Assembly: GCA_963718235.1 (NCBI GenBank)
Contig: CAVQYR010000002.1
Location: 736,001 to 800,000, forward strand
Direction of reading: 5' to 3'
Source of the DNA: an uncultured Actinomycetota bacterium
Lineage (GTDB): Bacteria; Actinomycetota; Actinomycetes; JAHEKZ01
DNA: 64,000 nt
Shown here: piece by piece, positions 1 to 11,830 of the stretch
Position numbering within the stretch: the first letter of the stretch is position 1
How the letters are laid out: each line of letters opens with the position of its first letter
Notes under the pieces: model-generated
What the model was told of the DNA's origin: nothing
Database searches by the model: none
The model's input: only the letters and a program-made list of their open reading frames with translations
Translations under genes and position numbers: made by a program

Positions 1-17
1 GTCTCGGATGGTGAGAC
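1..17. promoter_or_regulatory. candidate NdgR (IclR-family) operator upstream of the ilvB promoter
   Basis: Palindrome GTCTC-GGATGGT-GAGAC; a near-identical 17-mer lies at 23128-23144 between ndgR and leuC. Confidence 0.55.
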
Positions 18-32
18 GGGTGTCTCGCCGGG

Positions 33-61
33 TTGACCGTGGTCGGCCCCGGCCCCACCCT
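33..61 (+). promoter_or_regulatory. sigma70-type promoter of the ilv leader/ilvBNC operon
   Basis: TTGACC (33-38), 17 nt spacer, CACCCT (56-61); GTG of the leader peptide 6 nt later. Confidence 0.6.
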
Positions 62-67
62 GAAGGG

Positions 68-109
68 GTGTTCCAGCGAATTCTCGTAGTTGTGAGGCGC
101 GCGGCCTGA
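68..109 (+). CDS. ilvB attenuator leader peptide [13 protein letters not shown]
   Basis: 13-codon ORF with an Ile-Leu-Val-Val-Val run directly before a hairpin and terminator. Confidence 0.8.
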   Translation: MFQRILVVVRRAA

Positions 110-131
110 AGCCACTCGTCCGCCGCGCGCT

Positions 132-165
132 GCCCCTCACCCACCCCGGGACGGAGGGGCTTTTT
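132..165 (+). terminator. ilvB attenuator intrinsic terminator
   Basis: Stem GCCCCTC (132-138)/GAGGGGC (154-160) followed by TTTTT; upstream stem GCGCGCGGC (97-105)/GCCGCGCGC (122-130). Confidence 0.8.
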
Positions 166-209
166 CGTGCCTCGCCCGGTACCGCTCGCCACGACCCGAA
201 GGAAGCCCG

Positions 210-1967
210 ATGACCGACCCGATGACCGGAGCCCAGAGCCTGGTGAAGGCCCTGGAGGCCACGGGCACCGACACGATCTTCGGCATCCCCGGCGGGGCGA
301 TCCTGCCGGCGTACGACCCGCTGTTCGACAGCACCCAGCTACGCCACATCCTGGTGCGCCACGAGCAGGGAGCCGGACACGCCGCTGAGGGCTATGCCGC
401 GGCCACCGGCCGGGTCGGGGTGTGCATGGCCACGTCCGGACCCGGGGCCACGAACCTGGTCACCCCGATCGCCGACGCGTACATGGACTCGGTGCCGATC
501 GTTGCCGTGACCGGCCAGGTGCCGCGCTCCTCGATCGGCACCGACGCCTTCCAGGAGGCGGACATCCGCGGCATCACGATGCCGATCACCAAGCACAACT
601 ACCTCGTCACCGACCCGGACCTCATCCCGCAGACGATCGCGGAGGCCTTCCACATCGCGGCAAGCGGCCGCCCCGGGCCGGTGCTCGTCGACATCTCCAA
701 GGACGCGCTCCAGGCCACGACGACGTTCTCGTGGCCGGAGTCCTTGGACCTTCCTGGCTACCGGCCGACAACCCGGCCGCACGCCAAGCAGGTCCGCGAG
801 GCCGCCCGGCTGATCGTCGAGGCGCGGCGTCCGGTGCTGTACGTGGGGGGTGGGGTGATCCGGGCGGGGGCCACCGACCAGCTGCGCGCGCTGGCCGAGC
901 TCACCGGGCTTCCCGTAGTCACCACGCTCATGGCGCGTGGGGCCTTCCCGGACTCCCACCCCCAGCACCTCGGGATGCCGGGCATGCACGGCACCGTGGC
1001 GGCGGTGGGTGCGCTGCAGCAGAGCGACCTGATCATCGGCCTCGGCGTTCGGTTCGACGACCGGGTCACCGGTCGGCTCGACTCGTTCGCCCCGAACGCC
1101 ACGGTCATCCACGCCGACATCGACCCGGCCGAGATCGGCAAGAACCGGCACGCAGACGTGCCGATCGTCGGGGATGCGCGCGAGACCATCGGTGACCTCG
1201 TCGCGGCGCTGCGTGCAGAGGCCGAGCTCGGGGCACGTCGGTGACTACGCGGGGTGGTGGGACGTCCTCAACCGGCTGCGCACCACGTACCCGCTCGGCT
1301 ACGACACCCCGGACGACGGATCGCTGGCGCCCCAGTACGTCATCTCCCGGATCGGCGCGCTGTCCGGACCGGAGGCGGTCGTGGCCGCCGGGGTCGGCCA
1401 GCACCAGATGTGGGCCGCCCAGTTCATCGACTACGAGCGACCCGGCACCTGGCTGAACTCAGGGGGCCTGGGCACCATGGGCTACGCAGTCCCTGCGGCG
1501 ATGGGCGCCAAGGTGGGGCGCCCCGAGGCGACCGTGTGGGCGATCGACGGTGACGGCTGCTTCCAGATGACCAACCAGGAGCTGGCGACCTGCACGCTCA
1601 ACGACATCCCGATCAAGGTCGCGGTGATCAACAACAGCAGCCTCGGGATGGTGCGCCAGTGGCAGACGCTGTTCTACGAGGGGCGGTACAGCAACACCGA
1701 CCTGCACACCTCGGCCGAGCACCTGCGCATCCCCGACTTCGCGAAGCTGGCCGAGGCGTACGGCTGCGTCGGGCTGCGGTGTGAGAAGGCTGACGACGTC
1801 GACGCGACGGTCGAGAAGGCGTTGTCGGTCGACGACCGTCCGGTGGTGATCGACTTCGTGGTGCACAAGGACGCCATGGTCTGGCCCATGGTGGCGGCAG
1901 GGACCGGCAACGACGAGATCAAGTACGCGCGGGACATGGCCCCCGACTGGGACAAGGACGAACTGTG

Positions 1968-1968
<1 letters not shown>
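210..1968 (+). CDS. ilvB: acetolactate synthase large subunit (one-base frameshift at about 1230-1233)
   Basis: N-terminal ORF 210-1244 ([22 protein letters not shown]) continues in ORF 1174-1968 ([11 protein letters not shown]...NN ThDP motif); removing one G from the GGGG run joins them. Confidence 0.93.
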
Positions 1969-3597
<1,629 letters not shown>

Positions 3598-3607
3598 GAG
3601 CGAAACG

Positions 3608-4888
3608 TCAGGGCAGGGAGGGGTCGAGCCTTGCCGGCGCCCCGATCACGGCGAAGTGCGGGTGGGGGCGCAGGTGCGGTTCCACCCGCAGCCCGTCGCG
3701 GCGCATGAGCAGCCCGGCTGCGCCGACAGCCGCGACCACCGAGACCACGCCGCCCAGTGCGATCGACCAGCGTGGACCGAACGCAGCGGCGACCCACCCC
3801 ACGAGGGGTGAGCCGAGCGGCGTGCCGCCCATGAAGACGAGCATGTACAGGCCCATGACCCGTCCGCGGACCTGCGGGTCGGAGTTCAGCTGCAGGTAGG
3901 ACTGCGCAGCGTTGATCAGGGTGAGCGCGCCCGCGCCGACCAGGGGCAGGGCGAGCAGGAACGTGCCGTAGGTCGGCATCGCCGAGGCGAGCATGGCGGC
4001 GAGTCCGAAGAAGACCGCCGACAGGACGACGAGCCGCAGCGGGGGAGCGCCGCGGCGGGCGGCGAGCAGCGAGCCGGCGAGCGAGCCGACGGCGAGGACG
4101 GTGGAGGCCAGGCCGAACTGGGCCGGGCCGAGCCCGAACTCCTGGGTCGTCATCAGGGCCATGGTGAGCTGGTAGTTCAGACCGAAGGTGCCCACGAAGA
4201 ACGCGATGATCATCACCATGACCAGGGGTGGGCGGGACGACACGTAGCGCACCCCTTCGCGCAGCATTCCCTTCTCACGGGCCACCGGCTCCGGCGCGGT
4301 CATCTCGTTCACGCGCAGGAAGGCCAGGGCCACCACGACCGCCACGTACCCCGAGGCGTTGATGACGAAGACCCAGCCGCTCCCGACGGCTGCGACGAGC
4401 AGACCAGCGGCGGCCGGACCGAGCACGCGCCCGAGGTTGAACGAGGCGCTGTTGAGGGCCACGGCGTTGTGCAGGTCGCCACGGGGGACGAGCTCGGAGA
4501 CCATGGCCTGCCGGGCGGGGCTGTCGAGGGCAGCCACTACACCCAGGAGGAACGCCATCGCCATCACGAGGCCCACGGTCGCCAGGCCGGAGAGCACGAT
4601 CACGCCGAGCAGCAGGGCCAGCGCACCCATCGAGGCTCCGGTCGCCATCAGCAGTCGCCGCCGCGGGAAGCGGTCGGCCAGCGACCCGCCCCAGAGGCTG
4701 AACAGCGCGATGGGCAGGAACTGAAGGCCGACGGTGACCCCGAGCGCGACAGCCGAGCCGTCACTCAGCTGCAGGACGAGCCAGTCCTGGGCGACCCGCT
4801 GCATCCACACACCCACGTTGGCGGCCAGCTGCCCGCCGGCGTAGATGCGGTAGTTGCGGATGCGAAGCGAACGAAACGTGGGACTCAT
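3608..4888 (-). CDS. MFS transporter
   Basis: About 12 hydrophobic segments, motif A GSLADRFPRRR; stop/start overlap with marR. Confidence 0.88.
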   Translation of the reverse strand: MSPTFRSLRIRNYRIYAGGQLAANVGVWMQRVAQDWLVLQLSDGSAVALGVTVGLQFLPIALFSLWGGSLADRFPRRRLLMATGASMGALALLLGVIVLSGLATVGLVMAMAFLLGVVAALDSPARQAMVSELVPRGDLHNAVALNSASFNLGRVLGPAAAGLLVAAVGSGWVFVINASGYVAVVVALAFLRVNEMTAPEPVAREKGMLREGVRYVSSRPPLVMVMIIAFFVGTFGLNYQLTMALMTTQEFGLGPAQFGLASTVLAVGSLAGSLLAARRGAPPLRLVVLSAVFFGLAAMLASAMPTYGTFLLALPLVGAGALTLINAAQSYLQLNSDPQVRGRVMGLYMLVFMGGTPLGSPLVGWVAAAFGPRWSIALGGVVSVVAAVGAAGLLMRRDGLRVEPHLRPHPHFAVIGAPARLDPSLP

Positions 4889-5325
4889 GCAGTGGCCAGC
4901 CGGTCCAGGATCGTCGCCGCCTCCGACAGGGTGGCCCGCTCGGACGGGGAGAGCTCGGCGAGCCTTCGGGACAACCAGGCCTCGCGACGCCGGCGGTCCG
5001 CGCGCAGCAGCTCCCGTGCGGGCGAGGTGACCGTGACGACGACCTGGCGGCCGTCGGTGGCGTGGGGTGTCCGGTCGACGAGCCCGGCCGACTCCAGGCC
5101 AGCCAGGACCCGGGTCATGGATGGCGGTCGCACCTTCTCGTGCGTGGCGAGCGAGCCGGGCGTGGTGGGTCCGAGCCGCTCGAGCGTGGCCAGGGTCGCC
5201 AGCTGGGTGAGGGTGAGCCCGGTGTCGGCGCGCTCCGAGCGGAGCCGCCGGGCCAGCCGCATGACCGCCAGGCGTAGCGAGCTGGCCAGGGCGCTGGAGG
5301 CGAGGGGTGCGGTGGCGATCGGCAT
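4885..5325 (-). CDS. MarR family transcriptional regulator
   Basis: wHTH with PPSMTRVLAGLESAGLV and DGR motif; ATG 5325 lies 6 nt after -10 TACCCT (leaderless). Confidence 0.9.
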   Translation of the reverse strand: MPIATAPLASSALASSLRLAVMRLARRLRSERADTGLTLTQLATLATLERLGPTTPGSLATHEKVRPPSMTRVLAGLESAGLVDRTPHATDGRQVVVTVTSPARELLRADRRRREAWLSRRLAELSPSERATLSEAATILDRLATA

Positions 5326-5339
5326 GTCGTAAGGGTAAC

Positions 5340-5358
5340 TCATTACTTGTGCTAATGA
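5340..5358. promoter_or_regulatory. candidate MarR autoregulatory operator
   Basis: AT-rich palindrome TCATTA-N7-TAATGA just upstream of the marR -10. Confidence 0.55.
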
Positions 5359-5380
5359 TTCCTGGTCCACGGACCGAGAC

Positions 5381-5404
5381 GGCATGTGAATGCGTTCACA
5401 TGCC
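5381..5404. promoter_or_regulatory. Rex/CRP-type operator in the serA promoter
   Basis: Perfect inverted repeat GGCATGTGAA-TGCG-TTCACATGCC containing TGTGA-N6-TCACA; -10 TAGGCT at 5409-5414. Confidence 0.6.
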
Positions 5405-5460
5405 TCGGTAGGCTGCAGGCTCCGACGCACCCCGATCGAAGCCGCCTCCGAGGACCGTTG

Positions 5461-7053
5461 ATGCCCAGCAAGCCCGTCGTGTTGATCGCCGAAGAGCTCT
5501 CACCCGCAACCCTCGAGGCGCTGGGGCCGGACTTCGAGGTCCGCCACTGCAACGGGGCCGACCGCGGCGCGCTGCTCGCAGCGATCACCGACGTCGACGC
5601 CGTGCTGGTGCGCAGCGCGACGCAGGTCGACGCGGAGGCGCTCGCCGCGGCCCGTCGGCTCAAGGTCGTGGCCCGCGCCGGCGTGGGTCTGGACAACGTC
5701 GACGTGGCCGCCGCCACTCAGGCCGGGGTCATGGTCGTCAACGCTCCGACGTCCAACATCGTGAGTGCGGCGGAGCTCGCGGTGGCGCTGCTGCTCGCTG
5801 CCGCCCGCAACATCGCGCCCGCCGACGCGGCGTTGAAGAGCGGTCAGTGGAAGCGCTCGAAGTACACCGGTACCGAGGTCTACGGCAAGACGGTGGGGGT
5901 CGTCGGCCTGGGCCGGATCGGCGTGCTTGCCGCCCAGCGGCTCCTCGCGTTCGGTACCAAGGTGATCGCGTACGACCCGTACGTCCAACCCGCTCGGGCC
6001 GCTCAGATGGGCGTGCGGCTCGTCGAGCTCGACGACCTGCTGCGCGAGGCTGACTTCATCACCGTGCATCTGCCCAAGACCGCGGAGACGGTCGGCCTCA
6101 TCGGCCACGAGCAGCTTCGCCTGGTCAAGTCGGGCGTGATCATCGTCAACGCCGCCCGTGGGGGGATCGTCGACGAGACCGCCCTGGCGGCGGCCCTGGC
6201 CGACGGTCGGGTTGCGGCGGCGGGGCTCGACGTGTACGCGAAGGAGCCCTGCACCGACTCGCCACTGTTCGGCTTCGAGCAGGTGGTGGCGACACCGCAC
6301 CTCGGCGCCAGTACTGACGAGGCCCAGGAGAAGGCCGGCATCGCGGTGGCGAGGTCGGTGCGCCTTGCCCTGTCCGGTGAGCTCGTGCCGGACGCAGTGA
6401 ACGTCGAGGGCGGGGTGATCGACGAGGACGTACGCCCGTACATCGACCTCGCCGAGACCCTGGGCCGGGTCTTCACCGGCTTGGCGGGTGCCGCGCCCGA
6501 GGCGCTGACCGTCGAAGTCCGTGGCGAGATCGCGGCATCGGAGGTCAAGGTGCTCCAGCTGGCTGCGCTCAAGGGTGCTTTCGCGGGCATCGTCGAGGAG
6601 CCCGTCTCGTACGTGAACGCCCCGGTGCTCGCGGGTGAGCGTGGGATCGCGGTCGACCTGGTCGTCCACGGCGAGAGTCCGGACCACCGCAACCTGGTGA
6701 CCGTGCGTGGTGCCCTGAGCGACGGTCGCGCGGTGTCGGTCTCGGGCACGCTCTCCGGACCCAAAGACGTCGCCAAGCTCGTGGAGATCAACGGGTTCGA
6801 CGTCGACCTCCAACCGTCGGCGTTCCTCGCGTTCTTCCGTTACCACGACCGGCCCGGGGTGGTGGGCGAGCTCGGGCGGATCCTGGGCGACCACGGCGTC
6901 AACATCGCGAGCATGCAGGTCAGCCGTGACGTGGCCGGTGGACACGCACTCATCGCTCTGACCGTCGACAGCGAGATCGGGTCGGAGGTCCTCGCAGCGA
7001 TCGTCGACGCCATCGGGGCCCACGAGGGTCGCTCTCTCGTGCTCTCGGCCTGA
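5461..7053 (+). CDS. serA: D-3-phosphoglycerate dehydrogenase
   Basis: [25 protein letters not shown]-terminal ACT domain (DRPGVVG). Confidence 0.97.
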   Translation: MPSKPVVLIAEELSPATLEALGPDFEVRHCNGADRGALLAAITDVDAVLVRSATQVDAEALAAARRLKVVARAGVGLDNVDVAAATQAGVMVVNAPTSNIVSAAELAVALLLAAARNIAPADAALKSGQWKRSKYTGTEVYGKTVGVVGLGRIGVLAAQRLLAFGTKVIAYDPYVQPARAAQMGVRLVELDDLLREADFITVHLPKTAETVGLIGHEQLRLVKSGVIIVNAARGGIVDETALAAALADGRVAAAGLDVYAKEPCTDSPLFGFEQVVATPHLGASTDEAQEKAGIAVARSVRLALSGELVPDAVNVEGGVIDEDVRPYIDLAETLGRVFTGLAGAAPEALTVEVRGEIAASEVKVLQLAALKGAFAGIVEEPVSYVNAPVLAGERGIAVDLVVHGESPDHRNLVTVRGALSDGRAVSVSGTLSGPKDVAKLVEINGFDVDLQPSAFLAFFRYHDRPGVVGELGRILGDHGVNIASMQVSRDVAGGHALIALTVDSEIGSEVLAAIVDAIGAHEGRSLVLSA

Positions 7054-7067
7054 CAGGAGACGCCACC

Positions 7068-8114
7068 GTGACCAACACGTTCCGCCTGGCCGTCATCGCT
7101 GGTGACGGGATCGGGCCAGAGGTCGTGACCGAGGGTCTCAAGGTGCTCGAAGCAGTCGCGCCGCAGCACGACGTGGTCTTCGAGCGCACCGAGTACGACC
7201 TGGGCGCCCGCCGCTGGAGGGCCACCGGCGAGGCACTGCCGGACAGTGTGCTGACCGAGATCGGCGACCACGACGCGATCCTGCTGGGGGCGGTCGGTGA
7301 CCCGTCGGTGCCGAGCGGGGTCCTCGAGCGCGGACTCCTGCTGCGACTGAGGTTCGCCCTCGACCACCACGTGAACCTGCGCCCGGTGAAGCTGTACCCA
7401 GGCGTGAGCACACCTCTGGCCGACCGTGAGCCGTCGGACATCGACCTGGTCGTGGTCCGCGAGGGCACCGAGGGGCCGTACGCCGGGGCCGGCGGCGTCC
7501 TTCGTCGAGGCACCCCTCACGAGGTGGCAACCGAGGAGAGCCTCAACACGGCCTTCGGGGTCGAGCGGGTGGTCCGTGACGCGTTCGTCCGGGCGACCGC
7601 CCGACGGGGCCGGCTGACCCTCGTGCACAAGAACAATGTGCTCACCCATGCCGGCGACCTGTGGACTCGCACGTTCGAGCGGGTCGCCGACGACTTCCCC
7701 GACGTGGCCACCGACTACCTGCACGTCGACGCCGCGAGCATGTTCTTCGTCACCCAGCCCCAGCGCTTCGACGTGGTGGTCACCGACAACCTGTTCGGCG
7801 ACATCATCACCGACATCGGGGCGGCGATCGCTGGTGGAATCGGCCGGGCAGCCAGCGGCAACCTGGACACGACCCGCACGCACCCGAGCATGTTCGAGCC
7901 GGTGCACGGGTCGGCACCCGACATCGCGGGGCAGGGTCTGGCCGACCCGACCGCCACCGTGCTGTCCGTGGCGTTGATGCTGGACCATCTAGGTCTGCCC
8001 GCAGCCGCCGCAGCGGTGGAGTCGTCGGTTGCCGAGGACCTCGCGGCCCGCGGCCGGTCGGTGCGGGGCACGGCCGAGATCGGCGACGCGCTCGCCGCCC
8101 GCGCGGCCCGCTGA
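7068..8114 (+). CDS. leuB: 3-isopropylmalate dehydrogenase
   Basis: [30 protein letters not shown]. Confidence 0.95.
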   Translation: MTNTFRLAVIAGDGIGPEVVTEGLKVLEAVAPQHDVVFERTEYDLGARRWRATGEALPDSVLTEIGDHDAILLGAVGDPSVPSGVLERGLLLRLRFALDHHVNLRPVKLYPGVSTPLADREPSDIDLVVVREGTEGPYAGAGGVLRRGTPHEVATEESLNTAFGVERVVRDAFVRATARRGRLTLVHKNNVLTHAGDLWTRTFERVADDFPDVATDYLHVDAASMFFVTQPQRFDVVVTDNLFGDIITDIGAAIAGGIGRAASGNLDTTRTHPSMFEPVHGSAPDIAGQGLADPTATVLSVALMLDHLGLPAAAAAVESSVAEDLAARGRSVRGTAEIGDALAARAAR

Positions 8115-8160
8115 GCGGGCAGGCCTGCGCCCAGCACCGCACCCGGGGTAACGTCTCGCC

Positions 8161-9279
8161 ATGTCCCACGCACGGTCTGAGTCGCCCGCCATCGCCCTGA
8201 AGCCGACGTCCCAGCCGTTGGCCGCCGACCAGCGGGCGCAGATCCTGGCCGACCCGGGGTTCGGCCGCTCCTTCACCGACCACATGGTCACCATCAGCTA
8301 CACCGAGGGGCGCGGCTGGCACGACGCCCAGCTGGTGCCCTACGGACCGCTCGAGCTGGACCCGGCGACCATGGCGCTGCACTACGGCCAGGAGATCTTC
8401 GAGGGGCTCAAGGCCTACCGCTGGGACGACGGACGAATCGCCACGTTCCGGCCGGAGATGAACGCCCGGCGGTTCCAGCGCTCGGCGGCCCGGCTGGCCA
8501 TGCCCGAACTGCCGGAGCCACTGTTCCTCGAGGCCCTGGAGGTGCTGACCCGCCAGGACCGCTCGTGGGTGCCCGACCACCCGGAGATGAGCCTGTACCT
8601 GCGTCCGTTCATGCTGGCCACCGAGGTCGGCCTCGGGGTCAAGCCCGCGTCCACTTACCTGTTCCTGCTGATCGCCTCACCGGCCGGGGCGTACTTCCCC
8701 GGCGGCGTCCAGCCGGTCTCGGTGTGGCTGTCGACGGAGTACGTGCGGGCGGCGCCCGGCGGCACCGGTGAGGCCAAGTGCGCCGGCAACTACGCGGCCT
8801 CCCTGGTCGCACAGGCCCAGGCGTCGGCCCAGGGGTGCGACCAGGTCGTCTGGCTCGACGCGGTCGAGCGCCGATGGGTCGAGGAGATGGGCGGGATGAA
8901 CCTGTACTTCGTGCACGGTTCCGGCGACTCCGCACGCCTGGTCACCCCCGAGCTCACGGGCACCCTGCTCCCCGGCGTCACCCGCGACTCGCTGCTGCAG
9001 GTCGCTGCCGACCTCGGGTACGAGGCCGGGGAGGGCCGGGTCGACGTCGACGGCTGGCGGCAGGGCAACCTCGACGGTGCGATCACCGAGGTGTTCGCCT
9101 GCGGCACCGCTGCCGTGATCACCCCGGTCGGCCAGGTGAAGTCGGCCGAGGGGTCGTGGTCGGTGGGTGACGGCACTCCAGGTCCGGTGACCATGCAGCT
9201 GCGTGAGCGTCTGCTGGAGATCCAGCGCGGGCAGACGCCCGACGTCCACGGATGGATGCGCACCCTCGTCGAACCGTGA
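8161..9279 (+). CDS. ilvE: branched-chain amino acid aminotransferase
   Basis: [38 protein letters not shown]. Confidence 0.96.
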   Translation: MSHARSESPAIALKPTSQPLAADQRAQILADPGFGRSFTDHMVTISYTEGRGWHDAQLVPYGPLELDPATMALHYGQEIFEGLKAYRWDDGRIATFRPEMNARRFQRSAARLAMPELPEPLFLEALEVLTRQDRSWVPDHPEMSLYLRPFMLATEVGLGVKPASTYLFLLIASPAGAYFPGGVQPVSVWLSTEYVRAAPGGTGEAKCAGNYAASLVAQAQASAQGCDQVVWLDAVERRWVEEMGGMNLYFVHGSGDSARLVTPELTGTLLPGVTRDSLLQVAADLGYEAGEGRVDVDGWRQGNLDGAITEVFACGTAAVITPVGQVKSAEGSWSVGDGTPGPVTMQLRERLLEIQRGQTPDVHGWMRTLVEP

Positions 9280-9291
9280 CCGGCCAACGGG

Positions 9292-10044
9292 TCAGCCGCA
9301 CAGCTCGGCGACAGCGGTGGCGGCCTGCTGAGCCCGCGCGGCGTAGCCCTCGGTCGACGGATGGACGTCGGTGCCGCTGAACCACTCGGGGTGCTGGGCG
9401 GCCAAGGCGTTCCACGGGACGACGTGCAGGTTGTCGTAGCGCGCAGCCGCTGCCTCCAGGACGGCGTTCACGCCCTCGTCACTGCCCGGCCGCCACACGT
9501 CGAACCACAGCACGCACCGTCTGCGCCCTGCGTCGGCCATGAGCGCGTCGACGTTCGCCGAGAGCACGAGGTCGTCGTAGTCGTTGGTGCCCAGGCTCAC
9601 GACCCAGGTCGACGGGGTCGGTGCGTAGAGCGCGTCGAGCACGTACCGGGCCGTGGTCGACCCGCGCCCCACCTCCGCCTCGACGGTCACCGGTCGGGTC
9701 GGGAGCAGGGACGGCAGGAGGTCGGCCAGTCCGAGCGCGAGGGAGTCCCCGAAGAGCAGGATCGGTGAGGTGTCGGCCGGGTCGGTGCCCTGCGGACCGG
9801 CCTCCGTCGCCGGGGTCCGTGCGGTGCCCCGGTCGGAGTCGAGGGTGCGGGCAGGAGTGGTCGCAGCGGGGGCCGAGAGCCCGGGCGCCACCCCGGCCGC
9901 CTCTGCCCCTGAGGCCGAAGCCAGCGACGCCGGGGAGCTCAGCTGCCAGGCGATGAGGCCTCCGACCCCGGCCAGCCCGGCCGCGCAGACGACCACGACG
10001 GCCCACCAGTACGCCCGGTGGGCGCGGCGGTGGCGACCGGTCAC
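9292..10044 (-). CDS. membrane-anchored SGNH/GDSL hydrolase (OatA C-terminal-like)
   Basis: N-terminal TM helix, Pro/Ala/Thr linker, GDSL, LGTND and DxH (DVHP) motifs. Confidence 0.75.
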   Translation of the reverse strand: MTGRHRRAHRAYWWAVVVVCAAGLAGVGGLIAWQLSSPASLASASGAEAAGVAPGLSAPAATTPARTLDSDRGTARTPATEAGPQGTDPADTSPILLFGDSLALGLADLLPSLLPTRPVTVEAEVGRGSTTARYVLDALYAPTPSTWVVSLGTNDYDDLVLSANVDALMADAGRRRCVLWFDVWRPGSDEGVNAVLEAAAARYDNLHVVPWNALAAQHPEWFSGTDVHPSTEGYAARAQQAATAVAELCG

Positions 10045-10106
10045 CGGGGGCGCGCGGGGCGACGGGGACTGCTCACGATGGTCGAGGGTATGCCAGACTG
10101 AGGCGC

Positions 10107-10133
10107 GTGTCCTCGTCGATCATCATCGGCTAG
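10107..10133 (+). CDS. cimA attenuator leader peptide MSSSIIIG
   Basis: GTG TCC TCG TCG ATC ATC ATC GGC TAG, 7 nt after extended -10 TGC-CAGACT. Confidence 0.75.
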   Translation: MSSSIIIG

Positions 10134-10158
10134 CGCGTCGGCCTGACGGCCGGCGCGC

Positions 10159-10190
10159 AGACCTCTCGCTCCTGCGGGGGGTCTTTTTGT
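10159..10190 (+). terminator. cimA attenuator terminator
   Basis: 11-bp stem AGACCTCTCGC/GCGGGGGGTCT (two G-U pairs) plus T tract. Confidence 0.78.
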
Positions 10191-10201
10191 TGGAGGTTCT
10201 G

Positions 10202-11821
10202 GTGCCCGTTCCCGACGCGTTCCACGTCTACGACACGACGCTGCGCGACGGCGCCCAGCGCGAGGGCATCTCCTACTCGGTGTCCGACAAGCTGGCCGTG
10301 GCCCGGCTGCTCGACGAGCTCGGGGTGGGCTTCATCGAGGGTGGCTGGCCCGGCGCCATGCCCAAGGACACCGAGTTCTTCGCTCGTGCGCACGAGGACC
10401 TGCAGCTGGCCCACGCGCAGCTGGTCGCGTTCGGGGCCACCCGCCGACCGGGCGCCAGGGTCGACGACGACCCACAGGTTCGAGCGTTGCTCGAATCGCA
10501 GGCCCCCGTGGTCACGCTGGTGGCGAAGTCCGACGTCCGGCACGTGACCGAGGCGCTGCGGACGACGCTCGAGGAGAACGTGGCGATGGTCACGGACACC
10601 GTGGCGCTGCTCGTGGCCGAGGGACGACGGGTGTTCCTCGACCTCGAGCACTTCTTCGATGGCTACCGGCACGACGCCGACTACGGGCTGCGGGTCATCG
10701 AGGCAGCGGTCAGTGCCGGCGCCGACGTGGCCGTGCTGTGTGACACCAACGGGGGGATGCTGCCCACGGAGATGCACCGGGTCGTGACCGACGTGCTCGG
10801 CCGAAGCGGGGCCCGCCTGGGCATCCACTGCCAGGACGACACCGGGTGCGCCGTGGCCAACACCCTCGCGGCCGTGGAGGCGGGTGTCACGCACGTGCAG
10901 TGCACCGCCAACGGCTACGGCGAGCGGACCGGCAACGCCGACCTCTTCGCCGTCATCGGCAACCTGGAGACCAAGCTCGACCGACGGGTCCTCCCCGAGG
11001 GCCGGCTCCAGGAGATGGTGCGGGTGTCCCACGCCCTGGCCGAGATCGCCAACATCGCCCCGGATACCCACCAGCCGTACGTCGGGGTGTCGTCGTTCGC
11101 CCACAAGGCGGGGCTGCACGCCAGTGCAATCAAGGTCTCACCGGACCTCTACAACCACATGGACCCGGTCCTGGTGGGCAACGACATGCGGGTCCTCGTC
11201 ACGGAGATGGCCGGTCGCGCTTCGATCGAGCTGAAGGGCCGTGAGCTGGGCTACGACCTGTCGCAGGACCGTGACTCGCTGACCCGCGTGGTCGACCAGG
11301 TCAAGCAGCTCGAGGCGCACGGGTACTCCTTCGAGGCGGCCGACGCGTCGTTCGAGCTGTTGCTGCGGGACGTCGTCGCCGGCCACCGTCGCCGGCACTT
11401 CACCGTCGAGTCGTGGCGAACGATCGTCGAGCAGCGACCTGACGGGGCCATCGCCAGCGAGGCGACCGTGAAGGTGCACGCATCCGGCCAGCGCATCGTG
11501 GCGACAGGCGAGGGGAACGGGCCAGTCAACGCCCTCGACAACGCCTTGCGCCGCGCTCTGGGCCAGATCTTTCCGGAGCTCGTCTCCATGGAGCTCGTCG
11601 ACTACAAGGTGCGCATCCTCGAGGGCCGTGAGGGCACCGCCTCGGTCACCCGGGTGCTCATCGAGTCCACCGACGGGCGGGGTGAGTGGGACACGATCGG
11701 CGTCCACGAGAACGTGATCGCAGCATCGTGGACGGCGTTGGAGGACGCCATCACCTACGGTCTGATCCGGGCCGGACGCGACGATGCCGTGCGGGTCGAG
11801 CCGACGGACGGGCAACGGTAG
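10202..11821 (+). CDS. cimA: citramalate synthase
   Basis: YDTTLRDGAQREG, IEGGWPG, CDTNGG, GYGERTGNA, AHKAGLH, GNGPVNALD regulatory domain; RBS GGAGG. Confidence 0.92.
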   Translation: MPVPDAFHVYDTTLRDGAQREGISYSVSDKLAVARLLDELGVGFIEGGWPGAMPKDTEFFARAHEDLQLAHAQLVAFGATRRPGARVDDDPQVRALLESQAPVVTLVAKSDVRHVTEALRTTLEENVAMVTDTVALLVAEGRRVFLDLEHFFDGYRHDADYGLRVIEAAVSAGADVAVLCDTNGGMLPTEMHRVVTDVLGRSGARLGIHCQDDTGCAVANTLAAVEAGVTHVQCTANGYGERTGNADLFAVIGNLETKLDRRVLPEGRLQEMVRVSHALAEIANIAPDTHQPYVGVSSFAHKAGLHASAIKVSPDLYNHMDPVLVGNDMRVLVTEMAGRASIELKGRELGYDLSQDRDSLTRVVDQVKQLEAHGYSFEAADASFELLLRDVVAGHRRRHFTVESWRTIVEQRPDGAIASEATVKVHASGQRIVATGEGNGPVNALDNALRRALGQIFPELVSMELVDYKVRILEGREGTASVTRVLIESTDGRGEWDTIGVHENVIAASWTALEDAITYGLIRAGRDDAVRVEPTDGQR

Positions 11822-11830
11822 CCTTCGGCC

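Noticed and set aside
1174-1244. Programmed frameshift or natural split in ilvB
   Set aside because: Only a G4 run, no slippery heptamer, and other single-base indels in the window point to errors.
7832-7860. LeuB reads GGIGRAASG where I recall GGIGLAASG
   Set aside because: A single-base change that cannot be told from sequencing error here.
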